IMG/VR virus record: IMGVR_UViG_3300020439_000004 | Span: 44,943 to 108,942 of that record | Origin: a virus | DNA: 64,000 nucleotides | Direction: 5' to 3' (one strand) | Part shown: one piece after another, positions 36,688-47,153 of the stretch | Layout: every line of letters starts with the position of its first letter | How positions within the stretch are numbered: position 1 is the stretch's first letter | The notes under the pieces: generated by a model | What the model was told of the DNA's origin: nothing | Seen by the model: only the letters and a program-made list of their open reading frames with translations | The model's database searches: none | Position numbers and translations under genes: made by a program

Positions 36688-38234
36688 TTAGCTCCCAAAG
36701 TTTAGAGAAAAATGTTTTAAGTTGCATACTCCAACACCAACATAAGTGGGAGGAGGTGGCCACTTATCTGAATGAAGATGATTTTTATAGTGAAGACTCT
36801 AAAGTTAATTGTTCTATATTTAAGTTGCTGAAACATTCTCTAGATAGTGCAGAAAGAATAGATGAGCATATTCTAATAGAAAGATTAAAATCTTTAGGTG
36901 TTTCTTTTCCTGATAGCATTGATGTAAGTGAATATATCAGACAAATGGCATTTATACCAATCTCTGAAGATTTGCTATTGCCTAATGTAAAAGAGTTAAA
37001 AAAATATTCGGCAAGAAGGCATATATATAATGCTTGTGTGAAAGTGAGCAAATATGTCAAAAATATAGACCCTAATTTTAAATACTCAGAGATTATAGAT
37101 CAGTGTGATAAAATTTATAATACTGAGCTTCAAAATTTTGAGGGTGGAGAAACTGAAACCCAAAACTTGTTTGAGTTAATGGTTCCTGTTATTGAAGAAC
37201 GTGGAGAAAACCCAAAGCAAGAGTTTGGAATGATGGGTCCACATAAAAGAATAAATGAGATATATGGGTCTTTGCTTCTAGCAGGAAATATTTCAGTGAT
37301 AGTGGCGAGATCAGGTGTTGGTAAAACTAATTTCTGCATGGATTTCACCACTAAAGTTTCCAAGCAATATAATGTTCCTGTAGTTCATTTTGACAATGGA
37401 GAGATGAGTGAAGAAGAGTTGATTTTTAGGCAAGCTTCAGCATTAACAGGATTACCTATTTGGCTTTTTCAAACTGGTGACTGGAGAAGTCATTCATACA
37501 ATGGTATACCTGCTGAAGAGATAACAAAAAAAGTCAGAGACACTCTTGATGAAGTTAAGAATATGAAATTCTACTATGAGAACGTTGCAGGAATGACCCC
37601 TGATGAAATGTGTTCTTTATTAAAGAGATTGTACTATACAAAAGTTGGAAGAGGCAACCCTATGATTTTCAGCTTTGATTACATTAAAAGTGATTTTTCT
37701 AAGATGGGAGATAGCCCATGGCAACAAGTTTCTTACATGGTACATAGGTTCAAGCAAGCGATACATAGAGAATTATGTTTTGAAGGCAATCCTTGTGTAT
37801 CTATGATTACTTCTGTTCAAGCAAATAGATTTGGAATTACAAATAACAGGGGTGCTGATACTATAGTTGATGATGAAAGTGTTGTATCTCTTTCTGATGG
37901 CATTACGCAATTTTGTTCTCACTTATTTCTTCTTCGCAAAAAAGTTGTAGAGGAAATGAATCAAGATGGAGCTGATAGAGGAACTCATAAATTAATAAAT
38001 TTAAAATCAAGACATTTAGGTAAAAATCCACTCAGAGCAATCAATGATGTTGAAATGCTTGATGGCTCTAAGCAAAGAAACTATATAAATTTAGAGTTTA
38101 GAAATTTTGCTGTTAAAGAGAAGGGTGATCTGCAAGACATTGTTGACGCACAATCAGGGGCTAATGTAAACGTCGTTACAAATAACGGAGAAGAAGTTCC
38201 AATGACATTAAGGGCTTCAAATCTTTTTGATTAA
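36684..38234 (+). CDS. dnaB: replicative DNA helicase
   Basis: EKNVLSCIL N-domain, ARSGVGKT, EMS, FDYI, QANR. Confidence 0.9.
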   Translation: MISSQSLEKNVLSCILQHQHKWEEVATYLNEDDFYSEDSKVNCSIFKLLKHSLDSAERIDEHILIERLKSLGVSFPDSIDVSEYIRQMAFIPISEDLLLPNVKELKKYSARRHIYNACVKVSKYVKNIDPNFKYSEIIDQCDKIYNTELQNFEGGETETQNLFELMVPVIEERGENPKQEFGMMGPHKRINEIYGSLLLAGNISVIVARSGVGKTNFCMDFTTKVSKQYNVPVVHFDNGEMSEEELIFRQASALTGLPIWLFQTGDWRSHSYNGIPAEEITKKVRDTLDEVKNMKFYYENVAGMTPDEMCSLLKRLYYTKVGRGNPMIFSFDYIKSDFSKMGDSPWQQVSYMVHRFKQAIHRELCFEGNPCVSMITSVQANRFGITNNRGADTIVDDESVVSLSDGITQFCSHLFLLRKKVVEEMNQDGADRGTHKLINLKSRHLGKNPLRAINDVEMLDGSKQRNYINLEFRNFAVKEKGDLQDIVDAQSGANVNVVTNNGEEVPMTLRASNLFD

Positions 38235-39271
38235 TGAGCTATAAAGATATCTTAGAAAACTTAGGCTACAAACTCAGTGACCATGGAAGTTACTGGAGGA
38301 CTAACGCTCTGTATAGATCTGGTGATAATTCTACAGCTTTGCAAATTTATAAGGATTCTGGAGTTTGGAAAGACTATGTTGAGGATAGTATGTTCCTACC
38401 ATTTGAAGTTCTTGTTCAAAAAACAACAAAAACGTCTAATGTAAAATCTATCTTAAAAGACTTAAAAACAACAAGCTTAAGTGTAAAAACTGAGAAAAAC
38501 CTATTGAAAGAAGAAAAAACATATGACCCTATCTGTCTTAAAAGGCTACTCCCTCATTATGATTTTTATTTAAATAAAAATATCTCAAAACAGACACTTT
38601 TAGATTTTAAATGCGGATTAGCTCATTCTGGACCTATGTACCAAAGAATGGTTTTTCCAATATTTAGAGATGATAAAAGAATTCATGGGTTCTCTGGCAG
38701 GAAAATAACCAATGACGATAGGCCAAAATGGTTACACAAGGGCAAAACTGCAAATTGGTTTTATCCTTATTTTACTATTGATGAAGTTGAGGAACAAATA
38801 AATCTAAAAAAACAAGTTCATATAGTAGAGTCTATAGGAGATTGCATGGCTCTTTATAATTGTGGGATAAAAAACGTTTTAGTTTCTTTTGGTTTGAATA
38901 TGTCTCCTAAATTTATTGCAAGATTGGCAGCTTTAAATTTACAAAACATTTATATCTCTTATAATAATGATAGTGATTCAGAAAGGAACAGAGGTTTTGA
39001 AGGTGCAGTTAAATCCATCTTTAAACTTTCAGATGCTGTAGATTTTGACAGGATTTATTTCTGTCCTCCTGACAGCAATGATTTTGGAGATATGACAAAA
39101 GAGCAAATATATTTTTACGAGGATAGGTGTTTTTCTGCCGATCATCAAACCTCTATGCATAAAGTTATATCAATCGCAGAAGAGATGGATAAGAAAGGGA
39201 TAAATAAATCTTTTTCTCAGTCTCTAAAGAAACTGAAGAAAAAATATAAATTTTATTATGGGCGACTATGA
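38234..39271 (+). CDS. dnaG: DNA primase (TOPRIM)
   Basis: RMVFPI, GFSGR, PKW, VESIGD, NND. Confidence 0.85.
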   Translation: MSYKDILENLGYKLSDHGSYWRTNALYRSGDNSTALQIYKDSGVWKDYVEDSMFLPFEVLVQKTTKTSNVKSILKDLKTTSLSVKTEKNLLKEEKTYDPICLKRLLPHYDFYLNKNISKQTLLDFKCGLAHSGPMYQRMVFPIFRDDKRIHGFSGRKITNDDRPKWLHKGKTANWFYPYFTIDEVEEQINLKKQVHIVESIGDCMALYNCGIKNVLVSFGLNMSPKFIARLAALNLQNIYISYNNDSDSERNRGFEGAVKSIFKLSDAVDFDRIYFCPPDSNDFGDMTKEQIYFYEDRCFSADHQTSMHKVISIAEEMDKKGINKSFSQSLKKLKKKYKFYYGRL

Positions 39272-40298
39272 AAACAAACCGTTATCAGCGTCTAGAATAA
39301 AAACATTACAAACTTGTTCTTGGCAATACTGGTGCAAATATCACTTAAAACTTCCTGATAGATCAAACGAAGGAAGTCTGCGAGGTACTATATGTCATGC
39401 CATTTTTGAAAATCTTGGCAACCCAAGACATAAAAAACACTATACAAGAATAATTAAAACTCAAAACACTTACGCTTCTCCACCTATCAAAAGGATGGTT
39501 GAAGCTTATGCTAAAAAACATGGCATAGACGATTTTGAAAATATGGATCTTATTAACAGAATGACTGTTGAAGGGTTGAATTGTGATTTTTTTGGAGCTA
39601 AAGATGGGAAACCTACAGAGTCTATAAGTGAAAAAGATTTTGATATTTCTATAACAGAAGATGGTAAAAATTACAGAATCCTAGGATTTATAGATAAGTT
39701 GTTTCTTTTCAAGCGGAAAAGTTTAGCAATAATTAGAGACTTTAAAACATCTAAGCAAATGTTTTCTGGCAAAGATTATACAGACAACATTCAAAACTTA
39801 ATGTACTGCTTGGCTGTTAAACACCTTTATCCAGACTTTCTTAAAAGACAGATGGAGTTTTTGTTTTTAAAGTTTGATTGCAATAACGAAGGTATGATGA
39901 GGATGGAAAACTTAAATGAGGAGGAGTTAGAAGGGTTTGAATATTTTCTTACAGAGGTTCAAGAAATTATTAATAATTTTAATTCAGATTCTGCGACTAA
40001 AAATTTAGCATACAATAAAGGTTATCTAGGTAGAGATGATGGCTTTGCTGGTAGAGTTGTCTGCGGCAGAGCAGATTATGCAGGTCAATTAAAAAGGGAT
40101 GGAACTTTAATGTGGCATTGCCCTTTTAAGTTTCCAAAGAAGTTTTATGTGCTTAAAGATAAAGATGGGGAGGTGATATCTTCATCTGAGGATAAAAATG
40201 TATTGCAAGAGAAAAAGACAGATGAGCAGGATATAGAAATGAGAAATTATGATGGTTGTCCTGCTTTTTCTTTTGACAACACTGATGACTTACTTTAA
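39258..40298 (+). CDS. PD-(D/E)XK RecB/Cas4-like exonuclease
   Basis: LSASRI..C, GTICH, GFID, DFKT, QxxxY, C-terminal cysteines. Confidence 0.85.
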   Translation: MGDYENKPLSASRIKTLQTCSWQYWCKYHLKLPDRSNEGSLRGTICHAIFENLGNPRHKKHYTRIIKTQNTYASPPIKRMVEAYAKKHGIDDFENMDLINRMTVEGLNCDFFGAKDGKPTESISEKDFDISITEDGKNYRILGFIDKLFLFKRKSLAIIRDFKTSKQMFSGKDYTDNIQNLMYCLAVKHLYPDFLKRQMEFLFLKFDCNNEGMMRMENLNEEELEGFEYFLTEVQEIINNFNSDSATKNLAYNKGYLGRDDGFAGRVVCGRADYAGQLKRDGTLMWHCPFKFPKKFYVLKDKDGEVISSSEDKNVLQEKKTDEQDIEMRNYDGCPAFSFDNTDDLL

Positions 40299-40301
40299 GA
40301 T
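40273..40301 (+). promoter_or_regulatory. sigma70-type promoter, leaderless GTG
   Basis: TTGACA-17-TAAGAT with GTG 6 nt downstream. Confidence 0.65.
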
Positions 40302-40307
40302 TTAAAA

Positions 40308-41009
40308 GTGATCATTCCACTTTTTAAAACTAGCTACAGCATAGGTAAATCTTTATTAAGAATTGAAGATATCATAACCATAGCTCAAGACAATAAACTA
40401 AAGAAAGTTACATTAGTTGAAGATAACTTCTATGGATTTAGAGCTGCTAATTCTGCCTTTCTTCATGCAGATATTCCTATGGTTTATGGAGTAAGAATCC
40501 CAGTCTTTCAAAGTGAATCAGAAAGATCAAGTAAACTTGTATTTTTTGCAAAAAACAATAGAGGTTTAAATAATCTTAGAAATTTATATAGTAAATCAAA
40601 ATTAAGTGCTTTAGAAGTTTTAAATATTTCTAATATAGAAGATTCAGAACTGGAAGATATAAAAATAGGAGTGCCTTTTTACGATTCCTATATTTATAAT
40701 AACATTTTTCATTTTGGTTTGTGTGATCTAAATTTAGACGGCTATGATCATTTTTACATGGAAGAGGATAATAATCATCCCTTTGATTTTCAAATTAAAG
40801 AAAAGCTTAAAAACTTAAATATCAAAACACAAAAAACAAAAACAATCTATTATAGAAATAGAGAAGACTTTGAAGCTTTCCAAATGTACAAAGCTGTATG
40901 TGCAAGAAAGCAAGGAAAAGTCCCAACTTATAGTAAGCCAAATCTGAATGACTTTTGCTCAGATGATTTTTGCTTTGAATCATATTTAGAAAATAATGCT
41001 TCCATATAA
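40308..41009 (+). CDS. stand-alone PHP domain of DNA polymerase III alpha
   Basis: TSYSIGKSLLRIEDI, VYGV, LVFFAKNNRGLNNL. Confidence 0.8.
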   Translation: MIIPLFKTSYSIGKSLLRIEDIITIAQDNKLKKVTLVEDNFYGFRAANSAFLHADIPMVYGVRIPVFQSESERSSKLVFFAKNNRGLNNLRNLYSKSKLSALEVLNISNIEDSELEDIKIGVPFYDSYIYNNIFHFGLCDLNLDGYDHFYMEEDNNHPFDFQIKEKLKNLNIKTQKTKTIYYRNREDFEAFQMYKAVCARKQGKVPTYSKPNLNDFCSDDFCFESYLENNASI

Positions 41010-41610
41010 TCAAAAATATTTAGTTGTAGACACTGAGACTGAAGGTCTTAATTTACATTCTTCTAAAGCTTGGCAACTCTCTTGGATTGTTTGTCAAGGC
41101 AATAAAATTTTAGAAGAACATGACGAGTTTATAGCACATAAAAATTTAAACATCCCAGAGGTTGTTAAAAAAATGACTGGATTTAATTGGGATAAGTATA
41201 ATCAAAAATCTAAATCTCTTTCGAAGGTTTGGTCTAAATTTGAAAGCTATTTATATGACCCAAAATATATTATAGTAGGTCAAAATTTATTGGGGTTTGA
41301 TGTTTATATGTTGGCTCTTTTACAAAAAATGTTAGGTCAACAACCTGACTACTCTTATTTACCTAGAATTTATGACACAAGAGCTTTGGCTAAAGCATAT
41401 AGAGAAAACCTTGATAAACCAAAAGATAATTTCCTAAGTTGGCAGTATAAAATCATTAACAATAGAAGCTTGAAAGCTAAAGTGTCTCAAGGCACTTTAT
41501 TAAAATTCTTTGACATTGACCACGATGAGTCTAAATTACATGACGCTCTTTATGACATAAAAAAATGTTTTGAAGTCTTTTGTGAGTTAAAAAGAAGAAT
41601 GGATTTATGA
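40996..41610 (+). CDS. dnaQ: DEDDh 3'-5' exonuclease (epsilon-like)
   Basis: DTETEG, QN..FD, HDALYD. Confidence 0.85.
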   Translation: MLPYNQKYLVVDTETEGLNLHSSKAWQLSWIVCQGNKILEEHDEFIAHKNLNIPEVVKKMTGFNWDKYNQKSKSLSKVWSKFESYLYDPKYIIVGQNLLGFDVYMLALLQKMLGQQPDYSYLPRIYDTRALAKAYRENLDKPKDNFLSWQYKIINNRSLKAKVSQGTLLKFFDIDHDESKLHDALYDIKKCFEVFCELKRRMDL

Positions 41611-44189
41611 TTTTTGATGACTGTACCATATACGATGACTGTGAACCAGCAGGAGTAGAGCTTCCAAAGACCATTGTTAAATCGAGCAAACTCAAAGAAA
41701 TAGGCTTAAATGCTGATAGCTCGACAAAAGAGATTTTATACGAACTTGCTCGAAAGGGTTTAAGAGAAAAGGGTATTACTAAGTATAAAAATAAAGATGT
41801 TTACTTTGAAAGAACTAAACAGGAATTAGAAACATTTGAAGAGTTAGGATTCACTGATTATATATTACTTAACTGGGATGTTTTAAATTTTTGCCACGAT
41901 AATAAAATACCGACTGGAGCGGGTCGAGGTTCTGCGGCAGGTTCCCTTGTATTATACTTACTAGGAGTAACTAATATTGACCCTATTCCTAATAGTTTAT
42001 TTTTTGAGAGATTTGTATCAAAATCTAGAGCTAAAAAAGTTACAGATAAAAAGGGTAAAGAATTTCTTGTGGGTAGTCTTTTGCCTGATGTTGACTCTGA
42101 TATTTCATATGACCAAAGACATAAAGTTATATCTTATATAGAAAAACAACACGAAGGAAGGACAGCTAAAATATTAACATTTAATACTTTTAGTTCAAAA
42201 CTTTGCATTAAAGAGGCGGCAAAATATTTTGATGAGGCTTCTGAGGAACGGGCGATGAGGATTTCAGATTCTATACCTAAACTTCATGGACAGGTCTTGC
42301 CTCTTGAAACTGCTTTTGTAGAAAGTGATAAATTTAGAGAGTGGGCGAGAGAGCATCATCATACTTATAAAAATGCGCTGAAGGTACAAGGATTACCGAA
42401 AAATACTGGGGTTCATCCCTCTGGTATTGCAATTTGTTCTCAAAAAATATCAGATGTAGTTCCTCTTCAAAAAACTAAAGATGGAGATCTTGTCACTGGC
42501 TACAATATGGATGATGTCGCAGACCTGATGGTTAAGTTTGATATCTTGGGATTGAGAACTTTAACAATCGCTCATAAATGCTGTGAAAAAGTTAATATAG
42601 ATATAGATGACATTGACCCTAATGATGATTTTATATATGAAAAGCTTCAAGATTTTAAACATCCAGCAGGTTTGTTTCAAATTTCTGCTGAGACAAACTA
42701 TAGAGTTTGCAAGGATGTAAAGCCTGAAAATTTAACAGAGTTATCTGACGTTATAGCTTTAGCTAGACCTGCGGCATTAGAGCATGTGCAGACATATATA
42801 CAGCAAAAAAGAGCTTTAACTGAGCTAAACTTACATCCAGAGCTAGATAAGATTCTTTCATGGTCTAAAAACGTAATCTTATTTCAAGAGCAGATTATGC
42901 AAATAGCTAATAAAGTTTTTGGGTTTACTTTAGAAGAAGCGGAAACGCTTAGAAGAATAGTTGGAAAGAAAAAAGTTGATCAAATGCCTCAATGGCGACA
43001 AAAGATTTTTGATGCCGCAGAAGAAAAAGGTTTAGATGAAAGAGTAGCAGAGTTTTATTGGGTGTCACTAGAAGCTTCTGCACACTATTCTTTTAATAAA
43101 TCTCATAGCTTTGCTTATGCTGATTTGGCAGCTAAAACTATCTACCTTAAATATAAATATCCGCAAGAATTCTTTTTGTCTATACTAGAGTGTTCTGAAT
43201 TTGAGCCAGATCCATTAGAAACCATTAGCTTAGTTAGCCAAGAATTAAAATCATTTAAAATAGATTTATTGCCACCATGTTTATATAAATCAGACTTTGA
43301 TTTTAAAATAGAAGGCAGAAATATTAGATATGGGTTGAAATCTATAAAAGGTGTTTCAGATAAAAACTTAAAAAGCTTAATTGATTTTAGAGGTTTTCAA
43401 TTTAATGACCGATATGAAATCTTTGTTGCCGCTAAAGAATGTGGTATTCCTATAAATGTTTTGTCTTCTTTGATACAAGCAGGATTAATGGACAATACGT
43501 CTGAGGACAATCCTATTTCAAGAAGCAAATTAGTTTTGCAAGCTCAGTCTTTTAATCTTTTAACTGACAGAGAAAAAAGAAACTTTTCTAGATTAGCGCC
43601 AAGATTGGGATTCAACATATTAAAAGCCATACAACAGGCTTTATTTAATAAAATTCTAGCTGATGACGGAAAAATATTAATAAAGGAAAGTAGATTCAAT
43701 ACCTTTCGCTCTAAATATGACAGGTATAGAGATATTTATTATAAAAATAAAGACCATGAAAAATTTGCGTCTTGGACTTTTGAGAATAGCCTTTTAGGGT
43801 TTTCATATTCATACGACTTAAAACAATGTTTTGAGGATGATGACGATGTAGATAATTTACATTACTTGTCTGACATTGAAGATTTAGGAGACAGAACAAG
43901 GTTTTGTTCTATATGTTTAGTAAAGGACTTCTTCACAAAGGAATCTCAAGCTGGCAATAAATATATGATCATGACTTTATCTGATAATACAGCCACAAAG
44001 AATATGATGTTTATAGATGGCAGAGATAATGAGAAGTTTAGTGACTTTATGAGTTCAAATAAACTAAAGAAAAATGACGTAGTCCACTTGACTGCGAGTA
44101 AATCCAATAATACTATTTTCATTGACGAATTAAAAATAAAAGGCCCAGAGATATACATGTATAAGAGGCAAGTTAAAAAGAAAAAATAG
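41607..44189 (+). CDS. dnaE: DNA polymerase III alpha catalytic core, lacking PHP
   Basis: GRGSAAGSLV, FERF, PDVDSD, HPSG, KFDILGL, FNKSH. Confidence 0.93.
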   Translation: MIFDDCTIYDDCEPAGVELPKTIVKSSKLKEIGLNADSSTKEILYELARKGLREKGITKYKNKDVYFERTKQELETFEELGFTDYILLNWDVLNFCHDNKIPTGAGRGSAAGSLVLYLLGVTNIDPIPNSLFFERFVSKSRAKKVTDKKGKEFLVGSLLPDVDSDISYDQRHKVISYIEKQHEGRTAKILTFNTFSSKLCIKEAAKYFDEASEERAMRISDSIPKLHGQVLPLETAFVESDKFREWAREHHHTYKNALKVQGLPKNTGVHPSGIAICSQKISDVVPLQKTKDGDLVTGYNMDDVADLMVKFDILGLRTLTIAHKCCEKVNIDIDDIDPNDDFIYEKLQDFKHPAGLFQISAETNYRVCKDVKPENLTELSDVIALARPAALEHVQTYIQQKRALTELNLHPELDKILSWSKNVILFQEQIMQIANKVFGFTLEEAETLRRIVGKKKVDQMPQWRQKIFDAAEEKGLDERVAEFYWVSLEASAHYSFNKSHSFAYADLAAKTIYLKYKYPQEFFLSILECSEFEPDPLETISLVSQELKSFKIDLLPPCLYKSDFDFKIEGRNIRYGLKSIKGVSDKNLKSLIDFRGFQFNDRYEIFVAAKECGIPINVLSSLIQAGLMDNTSEDNPISRSKLVLQAQSFNLLTDREKRNFSRLAPRLGFNILKAIQQALFNKILADDGKILIKESRFNTFRSKYDRYRDIYYKNKDHEKFASWTFENSLLGFSYSYDLKQCFEDDDDVDNLHYLSDIEDLGDRTRFCSICLVKDFFTKESQAGNKYMIMTLSDNTATKNMMFIDGRDNEKFSDFMSSNKLKKNDVVHLTASKSNNTIFIDELKIKGPEIYMYKRQVKKKK

Positions 44190-46511
44190 ATGGTTCAATT
44201 ACCCTTTACTCCACATATAGAAGGTGTTCTTCAGAAGTCTAAAGATTTATCTGTAATCTTAGAAAGAAACGGCGTTGATTTAGATATATTGTTTCACTGT
44301 TTTATTAGTGACTTGAGTTTATCTTGCATTTCTATATTTAAGAAAATTGGAGTGGATGGAGGTGAACTGATAAAAGACTCAAGAAATATTTTACATAAAA
44401 AGAGAAAAAACAAAAATATATCTGATAAGTTCAAAACAGATGCTAGAAAGTTTTTAAAGTTTTGCGAGAAGCTTTGTAAAGACACTTACTCTTTGGATTA
44501 TATTCCGCCAGAGGTAATGTTGATGAATTTTTTTGATGAACAATTCACCCCTAAAGTTCTAAAAGAGTCTTTTCCAGAAGGAGTAGAAGCTGCTGATAGC
44601 GTAAGGTTTGGCATAGTTGCAGAATGTGCTTTAGTTATAAAAGACTTTGAAGCAGAAAAGATAGAATCAAGACTAAAAGAGCTTGAGGAGACTCCTGACA
44701 ACTGGATAGACATGTTTGACAATAATGAAATATTGTCTCAGTTTGCAGAGAATCTTAATGCAAAAGCGGCGGCTGGTGAATTTGATAAGATTGTAGACTA
44801 TGATGGGAAGATTGATGAGCTTGCAACTATTTTGTGTCGCAAAAAGAAACCAAATGCGATATTGGTTGGCCCTGCTGGCACTGGCAAAACTTCATTAGTA
44901 GAAGGGTTAGCAACAAAAATAGCAGCAGGAGATGCTCCAGAGCTTATAGCTAATAAAGTAATTTATTCTGTTAGTTTATCTAGCATGGTTGCTGGTACTG
45001 AGTACAGAGGTCAATTTGAAAAGCGGCTAGAAGATTTTGTAAATGAAGCTAAAAAATATACAAACTTAATTTTATTTATAGATGAGATACACACTTTGAT
45101 TGGAGCAGGGGGAGCTAATAACAATTCTCTTGAAGCTTCTAATATTCTAAAGCCAGAATTGGCTAGAGGAACAATAAGTTGTATCGGTGCTACAACTATA
45201 AATGAGTATACAAACACAATAAAGAAAGATACTGCTCTTGATAGAAGATTTGAAAGGGTTGTAGTAAAAGAGCCTTCTAAGTTTCAGATGGAGGAGATTT
45301 TACCTACTATTGTTTCTTATTATGAAACATTTCATGGTGTGGAATATAGCGATGAATTTTTAAATAACATCATAAAATATTGTGAAAAATATACTCCAAA
45401 TAAATATTACCCAGATAAAGCTATTGATGTTATAGATCATTGTGGCGCTCAAGCAAAAGTTACATATTGGGATGTAAAACCATCTATCAAAGAAATGCAG
45501 ACAGAGATAGTTGAATCTGCACTTCATCCAGAAAAAGATCATTCTGCTTTAATAGAGAAGCTTAATAAAAGTTTGGAAAAATGGGTTGAGTCTGATGAAA
45601 CTGCAAATAAACCAGAGGTAACCCGTTTTCACTTAAAAGAATTTTTTGATAGAAAGGTCAATCCTTTAAATAAAAAAAATAAAATAAATAAAGTGTTTGA
45701 TTGTTTTTCTAAATCTTTTGTAGGTCAAGCAGATATCCTAGAAGAGTTAAAACATGAAATTATTTTAAGTAGTATTGGTGTTAGAACTACTAGAAAATTT
45801 TCTACTCCAGAATGTTACGTTATCAGCGGTGAAGAATCTAGTGGTAAATCGCTGTTTTGTGAGCTATTAGAAGACTCTCTACAAAAGCATGGAGTAAATG
45901 TTTTATCTTATAATGGTATTCATTTTTCAGATAATTTTTCTCCACATAAAATTGCATCCTCCCAAGGTAACAACACTTCAATATGCGAAAAGATTGTTAT
46001 AACTCCTAATAGTGTTTTAATTATAGATGACTTTCATAAGATAGATAAAACTGCTGTACCTATTTTTAATCAGATACTTAAAGAGGGTAAGATTCAGATG
46101 AATAATGGAGATGTTGCAGATTTTTCAAATTGTAAAATCTTTTTAACAAGCTGCTTATCTCACACTAGTCAACTTGGCTTCAATATAGAAAGATCCCGCA
46201 ATGATGACCCCCTCATACATAAAGATATTTATTCTTTGGTTAAGAACTCTTTTATTTTAAATGAATTAAAAACAAAAGATTTGCGTAGAATTTTATGGAA
46301 CAAACTTAGAAACATAAAGGCTAATTTAGAAGACAATGGGGTCTATTTAGATTTTACTGTTAAATATATTTCTAATAATGTAGAAAAGATAAAAGATGAA
46401 GCGTCTCCGATTAAAAGCTTGAATGAATTAGTAGCATCAAAGATTAAGCCATTCATCTCTGAATGTATCTCTAATGGTAATGATAAAATAAAACTTTTTG
46501 TTGAAAAATAA
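44190..46511 (+). CDS. ClpA/ClpC-like Hsp100 ATPase
   Basis: GPAGTGKT, YRGQFE, FIDEIH, ALDRRF, PDKAID; degenerate NBD2; LGF loop. Confidence 0.88.
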   Translation: MVQLPFTPHIEGVLQKSKDLSVILERNGVDLDILFHCFISDLSLSCISIFKKIGVDGGELIKDSRNILHKKRKNKNISDKFKTDARKFLKFCEKLCKDTYSLDYIPPEVMLMNFFDEQFTPKVLKESFPEGVEAADSVRFGIVAECALVIKDFEAEKIESRLKELEETPDNWIDMFDNNEILSQFAENLNAKAAAGEFDKIVDYDGKIDELATILCRKKKPNAILVGPAGTGKTSLVEGLATKIAAGDAPELIANKVIYSVSLSSMVAGTEYRGQFEKRLEDFVNEAKKYTNLILFIDEIHTLIGAGGANNNSLEASNILKPELARGTISCIGATTINEYTNTIKKDTALDRRFERVVVKEPSKFQMEEILPTIVSYYETFHGVEYSDEFLNNIIKYCEKYTPNKYYPDKAIDVIDHCGAQAKVTYWDVKPSIKEMQTEIVESALHPEKDHSALIEKLNKSLEKWVESDETANKPEVTRFHLKEFFDRKVNPLNKKNKINKVFDCFSKSFVGQADILEELKHEIILSSIGVRTTRKFSTPECYVISGEESSGKSLFCELLEDSLQKHGVNVLSYNGIHFSDNFSPHKIASSQGNNTSICEKIVITPNSVLIIDDFHKIDKTAVPIFNQILKEGKIQMNNGDVADFSNCKIFLTSCLSHTSQLGFNIERSRNDDPLIHKDIYSLVKNSFILNELKTKDLRRILWNKLRNIKANLEDNGVYLDFTVKYISNNVEKIKDEASPIKSLNELVASKIKPFISECISNGNDKIKLFVEK

Positions 46512-46533
46512 AATTATTAGTAGATCATAAAGT

Positions 46534-46704
46534 ATGAGCGGCTCAGTAGCTAAGAAAATAAGAAAATTAGTTGGGTATCATCCAAAAAATGAAAATCCAA
46601 TGATAAAAAAACTTTACAAGAAACTAAAAGGGCGTTATTATGCCCTTGGACCTTCTGCCTTTTGGAAAAGTGTTGAAGGTAAATTTAATTCTAATAACTC
46701 ATGA
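46534..46704 (+). CDS. small basic protein, 56 aa (not in track)
   Basis: MSGSVAKKIRKLVGYHPKNENPMIKKLYKKLKGRYYALG...; ATGA overlap with the next gene. Confidence 0.65.
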   Translation: MSGSVAKKIRKLVGYHPKNENPMIKKLYKKLKGRYYALGPSAFWKSVEGKFNSNNS

Positions 46705-46916
46705 GTGATACAAATACAAAAACTAACGACGAATGGAAAAAGCGCGAACTAGGCGCTCTTTGGCGAGTTGAAGGTAGAAACCAATCTTTCTATAGTGGAG
46801 AGATTGCTTTATCTGACGGTTCAAAGCAGAAAATCGTCATCTTTAAAAATAAATTCAAAGAGCAAGGCACTAAACAGCCTGATCTAAGAATTTATCAGAG
46901 CATGGATACTGAGTAA
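46701..46916 (+). CDS. small phage protein (DUF736-like)
   Basis: LGALW..YSG..IVIFKN..QPDLRIY. Confidence 0.6.
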   Translation: MSDTNTKTNDEWKKRELGALWRVEGRNQSFYSGEIALSDGSKQKIVIFKNKFKEQGTKQPDLRIYQSMDTE

Positions 46917-47137
46917 TGGATGCTGAAAAACAAGAAGAGTTAAAAGCTCTTTTAGTATCTGAAATGGTATCTAGAATCACGGTAGCGGAGGCTGTCAATA
47001 TAATGCACAACATCGCTATTTCGGAAGTCGATAAAAATATCGCAAAAATGTCTGATGAGGAGAAACTCTCAGCTTTGGAGGAACTTACAAAAAGAGTAAA
47101 TCCTTCTGAAGAAAATGAGTCAAATTTGGAAATTTAA
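46916..47137 (+). CDS. hypothetical protein
   Basis: 73-aa acidic helical ORF. Confidence 0.65.
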   Translation: MDAEKQEELKALLVSEMVSRITVAEAVNIMHNIAISEVDKNIAKMSDEEKLSALEELTKRVNPSEENESNLEI

Positions 47138-47153
47138 GTGTAAGACACAGAGA

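Noticed and set aside
39258-40298. Cas4 as a CRISPR component
   Set aside because: Sits between primase and polymerase, the usual context of a solo phage replication/recombination exonuclease
28407-44189. Inteins or introns in RNR, DnaB or DnaE
   Set aside because: Lengths are normal or compact, with no splice-junction or homing-endonuclease motifs seen
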